From assembly GCA_030248215.1 (NCBI GenBank), contig JASANG010003582.1, forward strand, positions 434,001 to 498,000: 64,000 nucleotides of DNA, read 5' to 3'. The first letter of the stretch is position 1. Each line of letters begins with the position of its first letter. Made by a program: the position numbers and the translations under genes. A model generated the notes under the pieces. The model did not search any database and was not told the origin of the DNA. It was given only the letters and a program-made list of their open reading frames with translations. The DNA is from Enoplolaimus lenunculus (taxonomy: Eukaryota). Positions 12,401-22,759 of the stretch are shown here, piece after piece.

Positions 12401-15400
12401 TCTGTTTCATTCAATACAGCGGAAAATTTTTGTTTATTTTTATTTCAGGAGTCGCTGCAAGCAGAAGATTCTACGGAATACTACAAATTCTTGGTAGAAT
12501 TTGAACGAAAATATGAAGATTTACTGGTAAGTGATGATAAAAAGCATCACGTCAACATTGCTTGAATTAACGCGTTTGAACGCTATTCTCAGATGTGGAG
12601 TTTTAAGCAGTACAGAGTTTAGGGAGTGATCCTTAAACTCCGAATCGTTGTAGCTACGCTCTCTCAGCTATTTATATCTGTAGATGGTTTAGGCACAAGC
12701 AGCACTCTTGGCCAATCGTAATTTTTTGTTGCTAAACAACGCGCGATCCTGTTTGTTTGATTTCAATTTCGGCATAATTTTGACCCATTAAGGGATGTCC
12801 AGGTTTGTGATGGGTCCATAGAACAGTAAGTTTAGATTCTAGATTACATTTTTTTGCTTACACTTAGGCTTAGACTTAGGCTTAGGCTTAGGATTAGGAA
12901 TACGCTTTTACAACGCTTAGGTTAGGCTTAGGTTTAGGAATACGCTTAATCTACTGTTATGCCTCTTAGAGTAACGTTGGCCTTTTTAGCAAAAATATAG
13001 TTCAGCGCAGCGTAAAAGCTCCCAACTCTCGTGTTCAACCTGTGTGGACCTTTTTCTGCCGGGTCGTTTCAAGCTCAACGACTTAGGGTGTCGAAACCAT
13101 TTCAGGACGGGTATGCGGGAGATTTAGACGACTAACAGGCAATGCTAAAAGTTTCCCAGGGCCATCATTTCATCGAAGGAACTGGATCAATCTGGTTCTG
13201 TCAGTTTAGATAGGAACCCGAACTTCTGACCCTTTTATCAATCAGCTGGAAAAGCGGGCATATGAGGGTGGCTCGAACTTTCAGCCTACGGATCCTTAAG
13301 CGAACTCGCTACCACTGCGCCACGCAGGCCGCCTCTCCAACTGATTTTAGACTCGACTATATTTATCGATACGTATGCTACCGGCTAGCGCACACCATAT
13401 ACTATGAAAATGCATTGTATATATTGCAAATGCACTAGGACAAGCATGTCTCACCTGCCTACAGGTTCCATTCTGTCCACGAACTACCGCCTTTGCTTTC
13501 ATATACGATCACTTCTATTTTAGGAACAGTCAAACATTCGTATGGTTGATTTGGATGAATTGTTAGCATTTGTTCGCTCGTCATTAGGCGAACTGCGGTG
13601 GATGAAAAATCATCAAGAGCCTGAAATTTTGCGTAACTGGGCAGATATTAATACGTTGGACTTGCCAGTTCTGGAGCACTATTATAAGGTTAATATCGGC
13701 TTTACGGTATACATACATACATACATACATACAAACATACATATATATGTATATATATATATATTTATATATATAGATATATACATATTTGTATATATAG
13801 ATATATACATATATAGATATATACCAGTCGTAGTGGGACAACATTTATTGAGCGAAGCTCGAACACACGTAAGCAATTAAGGTAATATGCAAATTAGTTG
13901 TTAGCTAACTATTCTTTTGTCGGTTTTGGAGGTTTGTAAGCAATTTCCTCAGATTCCTCGCACCCAAAAACCCTTCAGCCACCCTAATAATTTTTGGAAT
14001 AATTTAAAAAGTCCTAATTTTGTCTTGTCAATTAAGCTAATATGCAAATTAGCTATTAGCTAACTATTCAATCATCGGTTTTGGAGGTTTTAAACAATTG
14101 ATACAGGTTCCTCGCACCCAAAAACCTTCAGTAAACCCTAATAATTATTGAAATAATTTAAAAAGTCATAGTTTTGTCTTGTCAATTAAGCTAATATGCA
14201 AAATAGCTATTAGCTAACTGTTCAACTATCGGTTTTGGATGTTTGTAAGCTATTTATTCAAATTCCTCTCACCTAAAAACCTTTTAGTGCTGAAATTATA
14301 TTGCTTTTAACCGTATATAATTAGTGAAATATTGTAAAAAGTCCTAGTTTAGGCTTATAACCTTGCTAATATGCAAATTATCTACTAGCTAACTGCTCAA
14401 TTATCGGTTTTGGAGGTTTGTAAACAGTCTACGCAGATTTCTCGCACCCAAAACCCTTTAATGCTAAAATTAGATTGCTTCTAACTGTAATAATTAGTGA
14501 AATATTGTGGAAAGTACTTATTTAGGCTTAATTAATTATGCATATTAGCCTGTAGCTAATAAACGACTCCAAATTTTAAAACCCCAATGCGAGGTTAACA
14601 CCTCAGGATTATTGGCTTTCAAACAAAAAAAGTTTATCAAAATCGGTTCAGCCGTTCCTGAGATTCTTTTCGGACGGACAGACGGACAGACGGACGGACG
14701 GACATCCACCTTTCGATCCCCAAGTACAAAACATAAAACGCTTCGCGAAACTCCGAGCTTCGCTCGGAGTTTCGCTTTGCTTAATAATATATATAATATA
14801 TAATATATATATATAAATATATACATACATATATATATCTTGTTCATCTTCCCCTGAATTACAATATACTGAGTCTCGTCGCAAATTTAAAAATCCGCCA
14901 CGACCTCCGACTTTAGAAACTCCAAAATTGCTGTGTTGCCCTGTCTTTCCACCAGTACTTTTGACTTCAATTCAGTAAAAAAAGTACCACGCATGCATTA
15001 ATTACAATTATTGTTTCAGCAATTATTACAAGAAGTTGAACTGCGCGAATCTCAATTTAACAGCGTTCTTGATAAAGGATTTACGCTGCTCAAACGTGGT
15101 CATCCAGCGGTTGAAGTTATTGAGGTATAAAATATTAAGCTTAAGTTGTGCGAATAAAAACATTGATTTTAAGACTTTACCTGTAAATACTTTTACTCAA
15201 ACATAAAACCAACAATTCGACAAATTCTCAAAGGTTCTGAGGGGTTACATGTTATTTTAGTAAAACTAAAAATGTATAATCAGAGCGTGACACGTGTTTT
15301 TTGTGCTAACTTTACTACCGGTACCTTACTCGAGTGCGCTCGAGTATAAACGTGTTATCCGTTAATGTTATAGGCGTACCTGCAATCACTGAACATCCAA

Positions 15401-18400
15401 TGGGAATGGCTGCTTGCTTTGACAAAATGTTTGGAGACTCATTTGTTTGACGCGTTGGGTTTACGAGATGTACGTTTTTTTGTCCTGAATAGCAGTTTGG
15501 CTTACGACATATGAAAAGTGCGAGATAATTTATAAATCAAAAATAAAAAAGACTTTTTCTTAATATTAATGGCAAAAATTAGGCGACAATTTGAATTTCA
15601 TATTTAGCGTTTTTTGTTCGTCTTTGTCAAATTTAGTTGTAGGCAAGACTGTGCACCCTAAACTGCAGCCGTATTGCCAACTGTGTGTAGCATTGATATC
15701 TAGTTATTAGTAATAGGTTCTGAAGTAAGCGAACAGTGGTGTCAATTGCTGATATGAAATTGCTCATACTTGCGGGATAAATCGAGTGCAATAAAATATA
15801 CAAAATCGAGAAGGTTGCAACTAATTTACTGAAAAGTGAGATAGTGCCTATATACATCTTGATTGAAGTATGGGAAGTTATTTCAATTTGACCCCAATGC
15901 GGTTCACTTTTGACGTCGAGAAGTTGTCATTACGAAGATTTAACGTTGCTGTTCATTGCGTGAAATGTTTTGTGACTTACGATTCATTCTATAAGGTGTA
16001 GTCAGTTTGTTTAGCTTCTTGAAGAAACGAAACAAGCCGAACAATGGATTCAAGAGCAAGAAGAAATATTTAATTCGCGGTTTCAAGGCAACGAAAGCGA
16101 AGAAACAATGGTCAAACAACTGCAGGTAACTCCGAAATATGACCATGCTAATGTAGTTAAACTTGGCACCTGCACACACGAATATTTTCATCTGAGTTCT
16201 AAATTCAAACTAAGAATTGAACTAGAGACTTTTGGGCAGCTATTTAAAAGTCTACTGGAGTATTAAGCTTGACGCTTGAGTCCAAGTGGGCGTTTATGTG
16301 TTTAGAGACTCTGTCATCGGTGTGTTTGTAATAATTTTTACACAAAATGCGAAATTAAACCTTTTTAGTAGCGACTATTTCAAGGAACACAATCAACGTT
16401 TCAATTCATAACTTTGTCCAAATTTTTGACGTAAACATTATTCTAAACCCTGTTCAAAGTGGTTTTCTTGTCTTTTCAGGAGTTCTGGTTCACGGTATGT
16501 GTGCGTGTGTCTTGTATTATTCGCCTTTGTACACGTCTGTGACTGCTTTTCTGTTGTAAAATGTTTTGTATTTATTTGTACAGGAAACAGTTCAATTATT
16601 TCAAAAACACGACAAAACGATTCGTTTGCTCATTGAACGCGCACGTCAAATTTCACCGCTTTGGATGCGTGGAGAACCGGTAGCCGGTCGTGTTGAAATT
16701 GCGGCGATTGTGAATTATATTGATTACGTCCAACAGGTATTCTGTTCCGAAATAACCGAATTATTGTTGAGTCTACGGGTCTTGTCTGTCATTGAACATA
16801 ACGGAGCCAATATAAAACCTCCTTAATTCGCTTAGAATAAGTAGAGTGGAGCTGAAGAAAATGTGAACTGAGTGACCACTACGGCTGCAGGTATGTACCA
16901 GAACTGAGTGACCACAACGGCTGCAGGTATGTACCAGAACTGAGTGACCACAACGGCTGCAGGTATGTACCAGAACTGAGTGACCACAACGGCTGCAGGT
17001 ATGTACCAGAACTGAGTGACCCCTACGACTGCAGGTATGTGCCAGAACTGAGTGACCACTTCGACTGCAGGTATGTGCCAGAACTGAGTGACCACTACGA
17101 CTGCAGGTATGTGCCAGAACTGAGTGACCACTTCGACTGCAGGTATGTGCCAGAACTGAGTGACCACTACGACTGCAGGTATGTGCCAGAACTGAGTGAC
17201 CACTACGACTGCAGGTATGTGCCAGAACTGAGTGACCACTACGTCTGCAGGTATGTTCCAGAACTGAGTGACCACGGCGGCTGCAGGTATGTACCAGAAC
17301 TGAGTGACCCCTACGACTGCAGGTATGTGCCAGAACTGAGTGACCACTTCGACTGCAGGTATGTGCCAGAACTGAGTGACCACTACGACTGCAGGTATGT
17401 GCCAGAACTGAGTGACCACTACGACTGCAGGTATGTGCCAGAACTGAGTGACCACTTCGACTGCAGGTATGTACCAGAACTGAGTGACCACTACGGCTGC
17501 AGGTATATGCCACAGGTTGCAGTTTCACGTCTTGCTGCTAAGAGCAATTTTTAAGTAGGTATTGCAAAAGAAAATGTCAAATTTGTAGCTGCAGTAACGT
17601 GTCTTACCCCTTCTTTACTGGGCCAGACTTAAAGGTCTTTGCACAGTATTCTGACGACAGCTATGGTGACAACTGATCGTACCCAGTAGGAGCAGGTTAT
17701 CCTGTTGTATAAATGCAAATGACTCTCGTTTAAGCAAATCTTCAAACCTGTGCTTGGAACTTTTGACTGTTTAAGCCCAATTTACACGTGCAAGTTATAT
17801 TCATCGGCGAGAACATGTAGCTGTTCAGTTTTGTAATTGTTTTTCGAACAGAACGGCAACTGCAAGTTTCGGCTGCAAAGTTCTCGTTGCAAAACGTGTA
17901 CGCACAAATTGCAACTGCAAGTGGTTCTGTCGAACACTTGCTCTTACAATATTGCCGCTATGAGTACTAGCCGTAATAATTTGCATGTGTGAATCGGGTT
18001 GTATCTTTTTATGTATGATTTTTTCAGATTAAAATTAAACGCAACGACATGTGTTTGCTTCTTGAAAATGCTGATCACGCCTACTGGACGGTTCGTCTTC
18101 CAGCCGGAGACTCGGTGACTGTGCCATCAGTGATATTTCGCATTCCGCCTCCTGATTTTAGACTTGTTGCCATTTTAGAAGCTCTTCTGGTTAGTTCGTC
18201 TAGCAGCCTGAGATTGTTAGCAGAACCGTCAATGAGACTTACACGGTGAGCAAAAACAACTTTCTGGCCTACATTCGCTTATTTTGTCACCAATTTTTGG
18301 GCCAGCAGAAGCAAAGATTTCCGCGCGGACGGACAGGGTTCGCGATGCGCTTGTAATTCTACGACCATGTGGTTAGTAAGAAATTTTGGTAATATATTCT

Positions 18401-21400
18401 GTGTCGGAATATAGTACGTACATTTGACGGAAGGAACCGATTGATGAGGTTTTAAGTCACTACGTTAAGCGGGGGTGTCTAGTGTTATAGCTATCATTAG
18501 ATCACAACAACTAGGCATACGTCTATCGTTCGATGTGGTTTTCAAACCAATCTAATAATATAATCATTTTCACTTTTCACAATTTCTTTTCAGTTTTAAC
18601 AGTGATTTTTTATAGTAAAAAAGGTACAATTTTCTGATTTGAGCGTGAATTAATCGTAGCCAGATGGTAGAACTTAGAGAATATACTAAATATTTAGATG
18701 TAGAGTTGATTCAATTCTAACTTTCATTCAGGAGTTATTCGAAAAACAAAACTGTTTATGTAACTTAAAGGTTTGAAGTGAAATAACGCGCTGTCAAGTT
18801 TAGTACACCGTTTTAGATAGAAGTTATACTGCCATAGCGTGCAATTTTAGTTCTGTGCAACTGTCGATATTAGCGTACTTAAAAATCTGTATTTAACTCG
18901 GGATAGGTGCTATACACATTTGAGAATACTGTAGTGACCCGAATAAGAGGGTGGGTGGTGGTAATAAGGGTCCGGGATCTCTATTTTGGATCAGGTGTTC
19001 ATTTCCTTAATTAGAAGCTGTAAATCGATAGGGTCCAAAATTACTAATCACACTGATTACTCAAAGTAATAATGTTGCAGACTACGTTGTACTTTTTAGT
19101 CTTAAAAGTGTAGTGAACTAAACTTCAAAATGGCTGGCATAAGTAAAACGTGCGTGGTCCAAATAAATGGAACTGGATTGAAAAATAAATAATAGTCCGG
19201 ATCGGAATGGGGAGGGGGTACCACATCTGGTGAAGCGAAATAACTTTCAATATCTCCTTTTTTTATATTCAGGTTATTGCAGGATCGATCGTAGATGTAG
19301 TATTTTGTTTTGTAGGTGAAACTCGAAGCTCTCATTCGCAAGTATCACGAACGATTCAAATTGGTTATTAGCCAACGACAACGAATCGTGGAACCACCGA
19401 AACGGCCGGTAGAAAAATCTCTGATTGTCCAGCAGTCAGTCGTAGTCGAAGAGTCGAGCAACATCGAAGAAATCGAAACGTTTCAACCAAGCCCGTTAGA
19501 GCCACCGAAAACGGTGATACCAGTCGAACACGAAGATGAAATGGAAATGTACGAAGAAGGCTCTGAAACGCGGACACAATTCTTTGAAGATCAAACACGA
19601 ACCGTCTGTCACATTGATGCAAGTGAAATTTTATCCGCGGTCGAAGCTGAACTGAAGAAACAAGGTGTCTTTGAACAAATCACATCACCACAACAATCAG
19701 AAGAAGCGGAAGAAATTGGTTTTCTACGAATCTCATTGGTCGAAGCGGTCGATCGTGGATTAGTCGATGCCGGCTCAATGGAAGAATGTTTAGCGACTTG
19801 CTATGGCATTCGTGATCCAATTAGCCAACAAGAGCTGACGCTACAAGACGCAATACAAGCGAAAATCTACGACCCGGATCGGCGGCAGCTTTGTGATCCA
19901 TCACAAGAAAATGGTAACACGATTTCGATCGACGACGCTGTCTCGCGGCGGATAATATCATTTTCAAACGTTCACAACCTGATCAAAACGGGCATCCTGA
20001 AAGCGCCTCCAATTTCGCTAGAAGCTGCAATTGATCAGGGGCTGATTGACGTAGCGTCTGGGGATTTTACTGGCCGGGTTACCAAACGAATTACTCCATT
20101 ACGAGATGCGTTACGAAGTGGATACATAACGTTAGCAGAATCGAGACCATTTACCTCGAGCGATGCTCAACATTCAATCAGTTTAAGTGACGCAATCGAC
20201 CGCAACTATATTAACGGCGAAACTGGCGAATTTAGCGACAAAAATGATCCAAAAGGTGGCAGCTTCAGCCTTCGGCAAGCCGTTTCTCGAAGTGCAGCTC
20301 TGCTCGATTTGCATACGCGTGAAATCTACAACCCTGAATCGCGTCGACGTACAAGTTTGATGGATAGCGTTGTGCGAAAAGTGATCGATTTGAAAACGTC
20401 AAAATTTAACGCTGGTGGAGCCGCAGGACAACTGACCCTACGGGACGCACGCGTGGAACGCTTCATTCAGCGACCGATGAGTTTGATCGAAGCAGAGGCT
20501 GCAGGACTTGTTGATAGTTTGGGACGTTTTAGTGAACCCGGAAGTAAAGATCGTTTGACACTGATTGAAGCGATTGCGGAACAACTCATCGATCCAAGAA
20601 GCGAACAAATTGTCGATCCAGCGGATAACGGCGCGGCTTTCGGTGGTGCGCCGAAGAAAATATCGATTGCAACTGCAATTAAACGTGGAATTCTCGACTG
20701 TGACGGCCGATTCAATTTAATCGACGCGCAACAAACGCTCTCGATAGCGGATGCGATTAAACGAGGCATTGTTGTTGAACCGGAACGATATTCTGTGTTT
20801 CAGGTTTTACGAGCCTTCAAGGATACAAAGACAATGGAACATTTGAACACAGTCGACGCGATAAAGCATGGCGTGGTTGACATTTCAAGCGAGACTGTCG
20901 TTGATAAATACCGTGGAACTCGGTTATCGCTGGACGATGCGATTGCACAGCGACTGGTGACAGGTAAGCGTAACGCAGGGTGAAGATTCTCGAAAGGTTG
21001 GTTTCTATAATCTGGACCCTGCAGTCTGCTATAAGCGTTTAGAATTGCACATAGTTTATTGCGCTAAAGCTGAAAGTAGTTGTGTTCGTTTTGATGCAAA
21101 TTGATAATGGATTTCATTTTTTGGCACTGATTATCGGTATTGTATATGCTTTTGATTAATTTATTAATCTGTGTCTTACACTAGAATTTCACTTAAAACG
21201 GAAATCTAAAAATTTCACGGCCGAAGCATGCTCACCTGGCTAGGGGTTCTAGAAAAGTTTAGAGTGGAGCACACAAGCGTTTATGATGACTTGCAAGCAA
21301 GGTTGAAACTTATTTAGACAACGAAAACAATGAATGGAGGGAAAGGGGGCTGAGTTGCGTTTCGCAGTATGGTTACGTGCCTGTAAAATTCACAATTGTT

Positions 21401-21696
21401 CTTCAGAAAAGCTGGCCGCAATACTTCAAAAGCCATCTGGGATCAAAGACAACCGCCGCGGAGGTAATGCTGAACTCACTGTGTTTGAAGCGGTATGTCG
21501 GCGTCATGTTGATCCGATTGAGCGATCCATAAATGGTCAAACTCCGCAACGCGCACACCAGTCTAACCAGTTAAGCCTACGCGGTGCAATGCTGTTCGAC
21601 GCACTGTTCAACTATCCTCAACCGCCTGAGGATCATTCTGCGAAAACACCTGGAACATCTTCTTCTGGTGGCGGCGGAAGTAGTTTGAGAAGATGA
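3068..21696 (+). CDS. Plakin-family (VAB-10/plectin-like) cytolinker, 15-exon model, ~1449 aa: join(3068..3443,4150..4403,5033..5137,6256..6413,10032..10551,10781..10909,12449..12526,13524..13688,15020..15124,15374..15469,16015..16125,16584..16736,18028..18189,19316..20963,21407..21696)
   Basis: All junctions are GT-AG with matching phases, and the spliced CDS (4350 nt) is open. The translation has plakin-domain hallmarks (ELRWMKNHQEPEILRNW, GHPAVEVIEAYLQSLNIQWEWLLALTKCLETHL, ISPLWMRGE, SH3-like WTVRLPAGDSVTVPSVIFRIPPPD) and plectin-repeat-like units (GIRDPISQQELTLQDAIQAKIYD, ISLEAAIDQGLID). It resembles nematode VAB-10 from memory; orthology is not established, so no symbol is given. Confidence 0.85.
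3511..3913. mobile_element. hAT-like MITE (family B) with (TTCCGG)n subterminal repeats
   Basis: Perfect 18-bp TIR CAGGGTGCAACCGGAATT; perfect 8-bp TSD GCTATGGG (3503-3510 and 3914-3921). Confidence 0.92.
4150..4403 (+). CDS. Plakin gene exon 2
   Basis: ttttctttgacag acceptor, open frame (DTRRQGLQL...NQMQPAK), donor GTGAGT at 4404. Confidence 0.7.
5033..5137 (+). CDS. Plakin gene exon 3 (start of SR2-like spectrin repeat)
   Basis: tctttgttgtag acceptor, QDLTPEEIERIAAGVKSEVDVINQKFDNISTRMDE, donor GTAAGC. Confidence 0.85.
5181..5557. repeat. 27-bp minisatellite, ~14 copies (TTTGTAGGCCGGCTGATGAAAGGTATG)
   Basis: Near-identical head-to-tail units in intron 3. Confidence 0.97.
5731..5900 (-). 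mobile_element. hAT-like MITE family A (degenerate)
   Basis: Reverse-complement match to the family A consensus. Confidence 0.65.
6256..6413 (+). CDS. Plakin gene exon 4 (SR2-like)
   Basis: tttcag acceptor, IEVEDDTMLCHPKHVDNLLVELERLHKPINELSRECNLLRQANYSNFNDYYQR, phase-2 donor AG|GTAAGA. Confidence 0.88.
6419..6614 (+). mobile_element. Telomere-repeat-bearing MITE (family C2, Merlin-like)
   Basis: TIR ..ACAATGTTA../..TAACATGGGCC, internal (GCCTAA)n-like array, perfect 8-bp TSD AAGGTAAG (6411-6418 and 6615-6622). Confidence 0.88.
7196..7282. mobile_element. 87-bp hAT-like mini-MITE with (GTCTCG)n repeats
   Basis: TIR CAGGGAAGAGCGGTC / GACCGCCCATCCCTG (13/15 match); perfect 8-bp TSD GCCAGCTG. 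Confidence 0.85.
7632..7797 (-). mobile_element. hAT-like MITE family A
   Basis: Reverse-complement match to family A with both ends recognisable. Confidence 0.65.
8494..8963. mobile_element. hAT-like MITE (family B variant) with (TTCCGA)n subterminal repeats
   Basis: Ends CAGGGCACAACCGGAATT and TTGCACCCTG; degenerate TSD GTGCCTCC/GTGGCTTC. Confidence 0.75.
9136..9482. mobile_element. PIF/Harbinger-like MITE (family G)
   Basis: TIR GGCTGGGTTTCTGAAA / TTTCAGAAAACCAGCC, 3-bp TSD ATT; second copy at 35257-35823. Confidence 0.75.
9686..9942. mobile_element. piggyBac-like MITE (family E), degenerate right end
   Basis: Starts TTAA|CCCTTTCTTACAT; internal homology to the copies at 34668 and 51606. 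Confidence 0.7.
10032..10551 (+). CDS. Plakin gene exon 5 (end of SR2-like repeat, G/S/Q-rich linker, start of SR3-like repeat)
   Basis: tttcag acceptor in phase 2, open 520 nt including a (CAA)7 poly-Q run and EEHMLWIEAML, donor GTTAGT. Confidence 0.88.
10781..10909 (+). CDS. Plakin gene exon 6 (SR3-like)
   Basis: tttcag acceptor, GRLEDIEYVCDDRVLEELLEDHKKIHQEIVDFRQVVDQAIIKQ, donor GTACTG. Confidence 0.9.
11347..11880. repeat. 37-bp minisatellite, ~14.4 copies (ATTCTAACGGGGTTAGTCTGTTCGGAAAATTGGTGTA)
   Basis: Near-identical tandem units with no spacers, in intron 6. Confidence 0.97.
12449..12526 (+). CDS. Plakin gene exon 7
   Basis: tatttcag acceptor, ESLQAEDSTEYYKFLVEFERKYEDLL, donor GTAAGT. 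Confidence 0.88.
12782..12982 (-). mobile_element. Telomere-repeat-bearing MITE family C2
   Basis: (TTAGGC)n core and C2 flanking modules; the ends are degenerate. Confidence 0.75.
13135..13465 (-). repeat. Dispersed repeat with tRNA-derived A/B-box module (family F, SINE-like)
   Basis: The minus strand reads TGGCGCAGTGG (A box) ... AGTTCGAGCC (B-box-like); homologous to 23170-23462. Confidence 0.6.
13524..13688 (+). CDS. Plakin gene exon 8 (SR4-like)
   Basis: ttttag acceptor, EQSNIRMVDLDELLAFVRSSLGELRWMKNHQEPEILRNWADINTLDLPVLEHYYK, donor GTTAAT. Confidence 0.92.
13823..14785 (-). mobile_element. DINE-1/HINE-like (Helentron-associated) non-autonomous element with central tandem repeats
   Basis: 12-bp subterminal inverted repeats GAGCGAAGCTCG (13850-13861) / CGAGCTTCGCTC (14754-14765), a 14-bp-stem hairpin at 14745-14775, a (GACG/GACA)n microsatellite at ~14671-14704, and about four ~150-170-bp internal tandem repeats; flanked by (AT)n tracts. 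Confidence 0.7.
15020..15124 (+). CDS. Plakin gene exon 9 (SR4-like)
   Basis: tttcag acceptor, QLLQEVELRESQFNSVLDKGFTLLKRGHPAVEVIE, donor GTATAA. Confidence 0.92.
15374..15469 (+). CDS. Plakin gene exon 10
   Basis: tatag acceptor, AYLQSLNIQWEWLLALTKCLETHLFDALGLRD, donor GTACGT. Confidence 0.92.
16015..16125 (+). CDS. Plakin gene exon 11 (SR5-like)
   Basis: tttag acceptor, LLEETKQAEQWIQEQEEIFNSRFQGNESEETMVKQLQ, donor GTAACT. Confidence 0.88.
16584..16736 (+). CDS. Plakin gene exon 12 (SR5-like, start of SH3)
   Basis: tacag acceptor, ETVQLFQKHDKTIRLLIERARQISPLWMRGEPVAGRVEIAAIVNYIDYVQQ, donor GTATTC. Confidence 0.92.
16865..17512. repeat. 36-bp minisatellite, 18 copies (GAACTGAGTGACCACTACGACTGCAGGTATGTGCCA)
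   Basis: Tandem units with point variants, in intron 12. Confidence 0.97.
17773..18000. mobile_element. MITE-like element (family I) with TGCAAG-rich interior
   Basis: Inverted ends AGCCCAATTTACACGTGCAA / TTGCATGTGTGAATCGGGTT; related sequence at ~33520-33755 and ~39925-40110. Confidence 0.6.
18028..18189 (+). CDS. Plakin gene exon 13 (plakin SH3 domain)
   Basis: ttttcag acceptor, IKIKRNDMCLLLENADHAYWTVRLPAGDSVTVPSVIFRIPPPDFRLVAILEALL, donor GTTAGT. Confidence 0.92.
19316..20963 (+). CDS. Plakin gene exon 14 (acidic linker and plectin-repeat-like domains)
   Basis: ttttgtag acceptor; 1648-nt open frame with recurring [IL]S[LI]xxA[IV]xxG[LI][IV]D units; phase-1 donor G|GTAAGC. Confidence 0.93.
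21216..21383 (-). mobile_element. hAT-like MITE family A in last intron
   Basis: Reverse-complement family A match ending GGTTACGTGCCTG, about 23 nt before the exon 15 start. Confidence 0.65.
21407..21696 (+). CDS. Plakin gene terminal exon 15
   Basis: cttcag acceptor in phase 1; continues the plectin-repeat-like sequence (GIKDNRRGGNAELTVFEAVCRRHVD), then a G/S-rich tail and TGA at 21694-21696. Confidence 0.8.
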
Positions 21697-22206
21697 ACCA
21701 CAGTAGTCACCACAGCGGTACCTTTAACAGGAGCGTAGCCCAGGATTTCGTTTAGAACGGTAATTATCAATCAAGACGTTTACTTCCAGGCGTTGCGTGC
21801 GAGAAAATTTTTTGACCTTTGAAGTCCATTCTAAAACATGCTCACAGTGTGCTTTTTGTTTTCTGTCTCGAGAAATTTCGAGGGTAGGATATATACGTAT
21901 ATTCCACAAATTTTTCCTCGGTGTGTATATACGCCCCTGGCAAAATCGGTTGTGGTTGTGCTATACAGCTGTTCCATTGCCGAATTGTATTTACGTTGTT
22001 CAATAAGGGTGTATTTCTCGAGGTCAAATCGATATTCATGGACATTGCTAACTGGTGTAGGTGCAGATGCATGCGATTCGAAATATGCAATTGTTCAGCC
22101 TAGACCACCGCCGAATAGTATACTCAAATACGATAAAAATACGAAAAAACAAAATCGGAATTAATTAGTTTTCAACCGGCGCGTCTTACGCGTAAGTTGA
22201 AATCTG

Positions 22207-22428
22207 GGCCCATATTCTCAAATCTGTACAGCAACTACCGTCGGTTAGTAATTGGTTTTCAAACTCACTAACTATTGCAGATATTGAACGCAAAATTGGT
22301 ACAGAAGTAGAACAAATCATATGCGAAAAATATATACTAAATTTTGAGCATCGGCGTTTACTGGCTCTAAAATTACAAGACCTATCACCAACTGGTGTTA
22401 GGTGCTACGCAGATTTGAGAATACCGGC
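22207..22428. mobile_element. MITE family H
   Basis: Inverted ends GGCCCATATTCTCAAATC / GATTTGAGAATACCGGCC; a second copy starts at 63821 and is cut by the window end. Confidence 0.65.
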
Positions 22429-22545
22429 CTAGATTGGACTGTTAGCTCAATGCTAGCTTGCTTCAGGCTGAGCTGCTGGAGTTACATGAATAGCTCGTGA
22501 GATCAGACCAATTAACGATTGGGTTGAATAATTGTTATGCCTATA

Positions 22546-22759
22546 GGTTCGTGTAAGGATCAGGGGCGGAGAGCTTTTCTGTTGGACTAGAATAGAGTAA
22601 GCGTAAGCTTTAGACTAATTTTTTTGCTTGGCTTAGGCTGAGGCTTAGACTTACGCTTAGGAATATGCTCATTCTTACGCTTATGTTTAGGCTTAGGCTT
22701 AGAGTTAGGCTTAATAATATACTTAGAATACTGTTCCGCCCCTGTTCTTTACATTGGCC
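22546..22759 (-). mobile_element. Telomere-repeat-bearing MITE family C1
   Basis: ~27-bp TIRs and a (TTAGGC)n-like core. Confidence 0.85.

Noticed and set aside
16773..17554. Cys/His-rich repetitive ORFs on both strands
   Set aside because: Artefacts of the 36-bp minisatellite inside intron 12.
19261..19282. Alternative acceptors upstream of exon 14 (19272, 19282)
   Set aside because: They would cause a frameshift or an in-frame TAG; 19315 is the only productive site.
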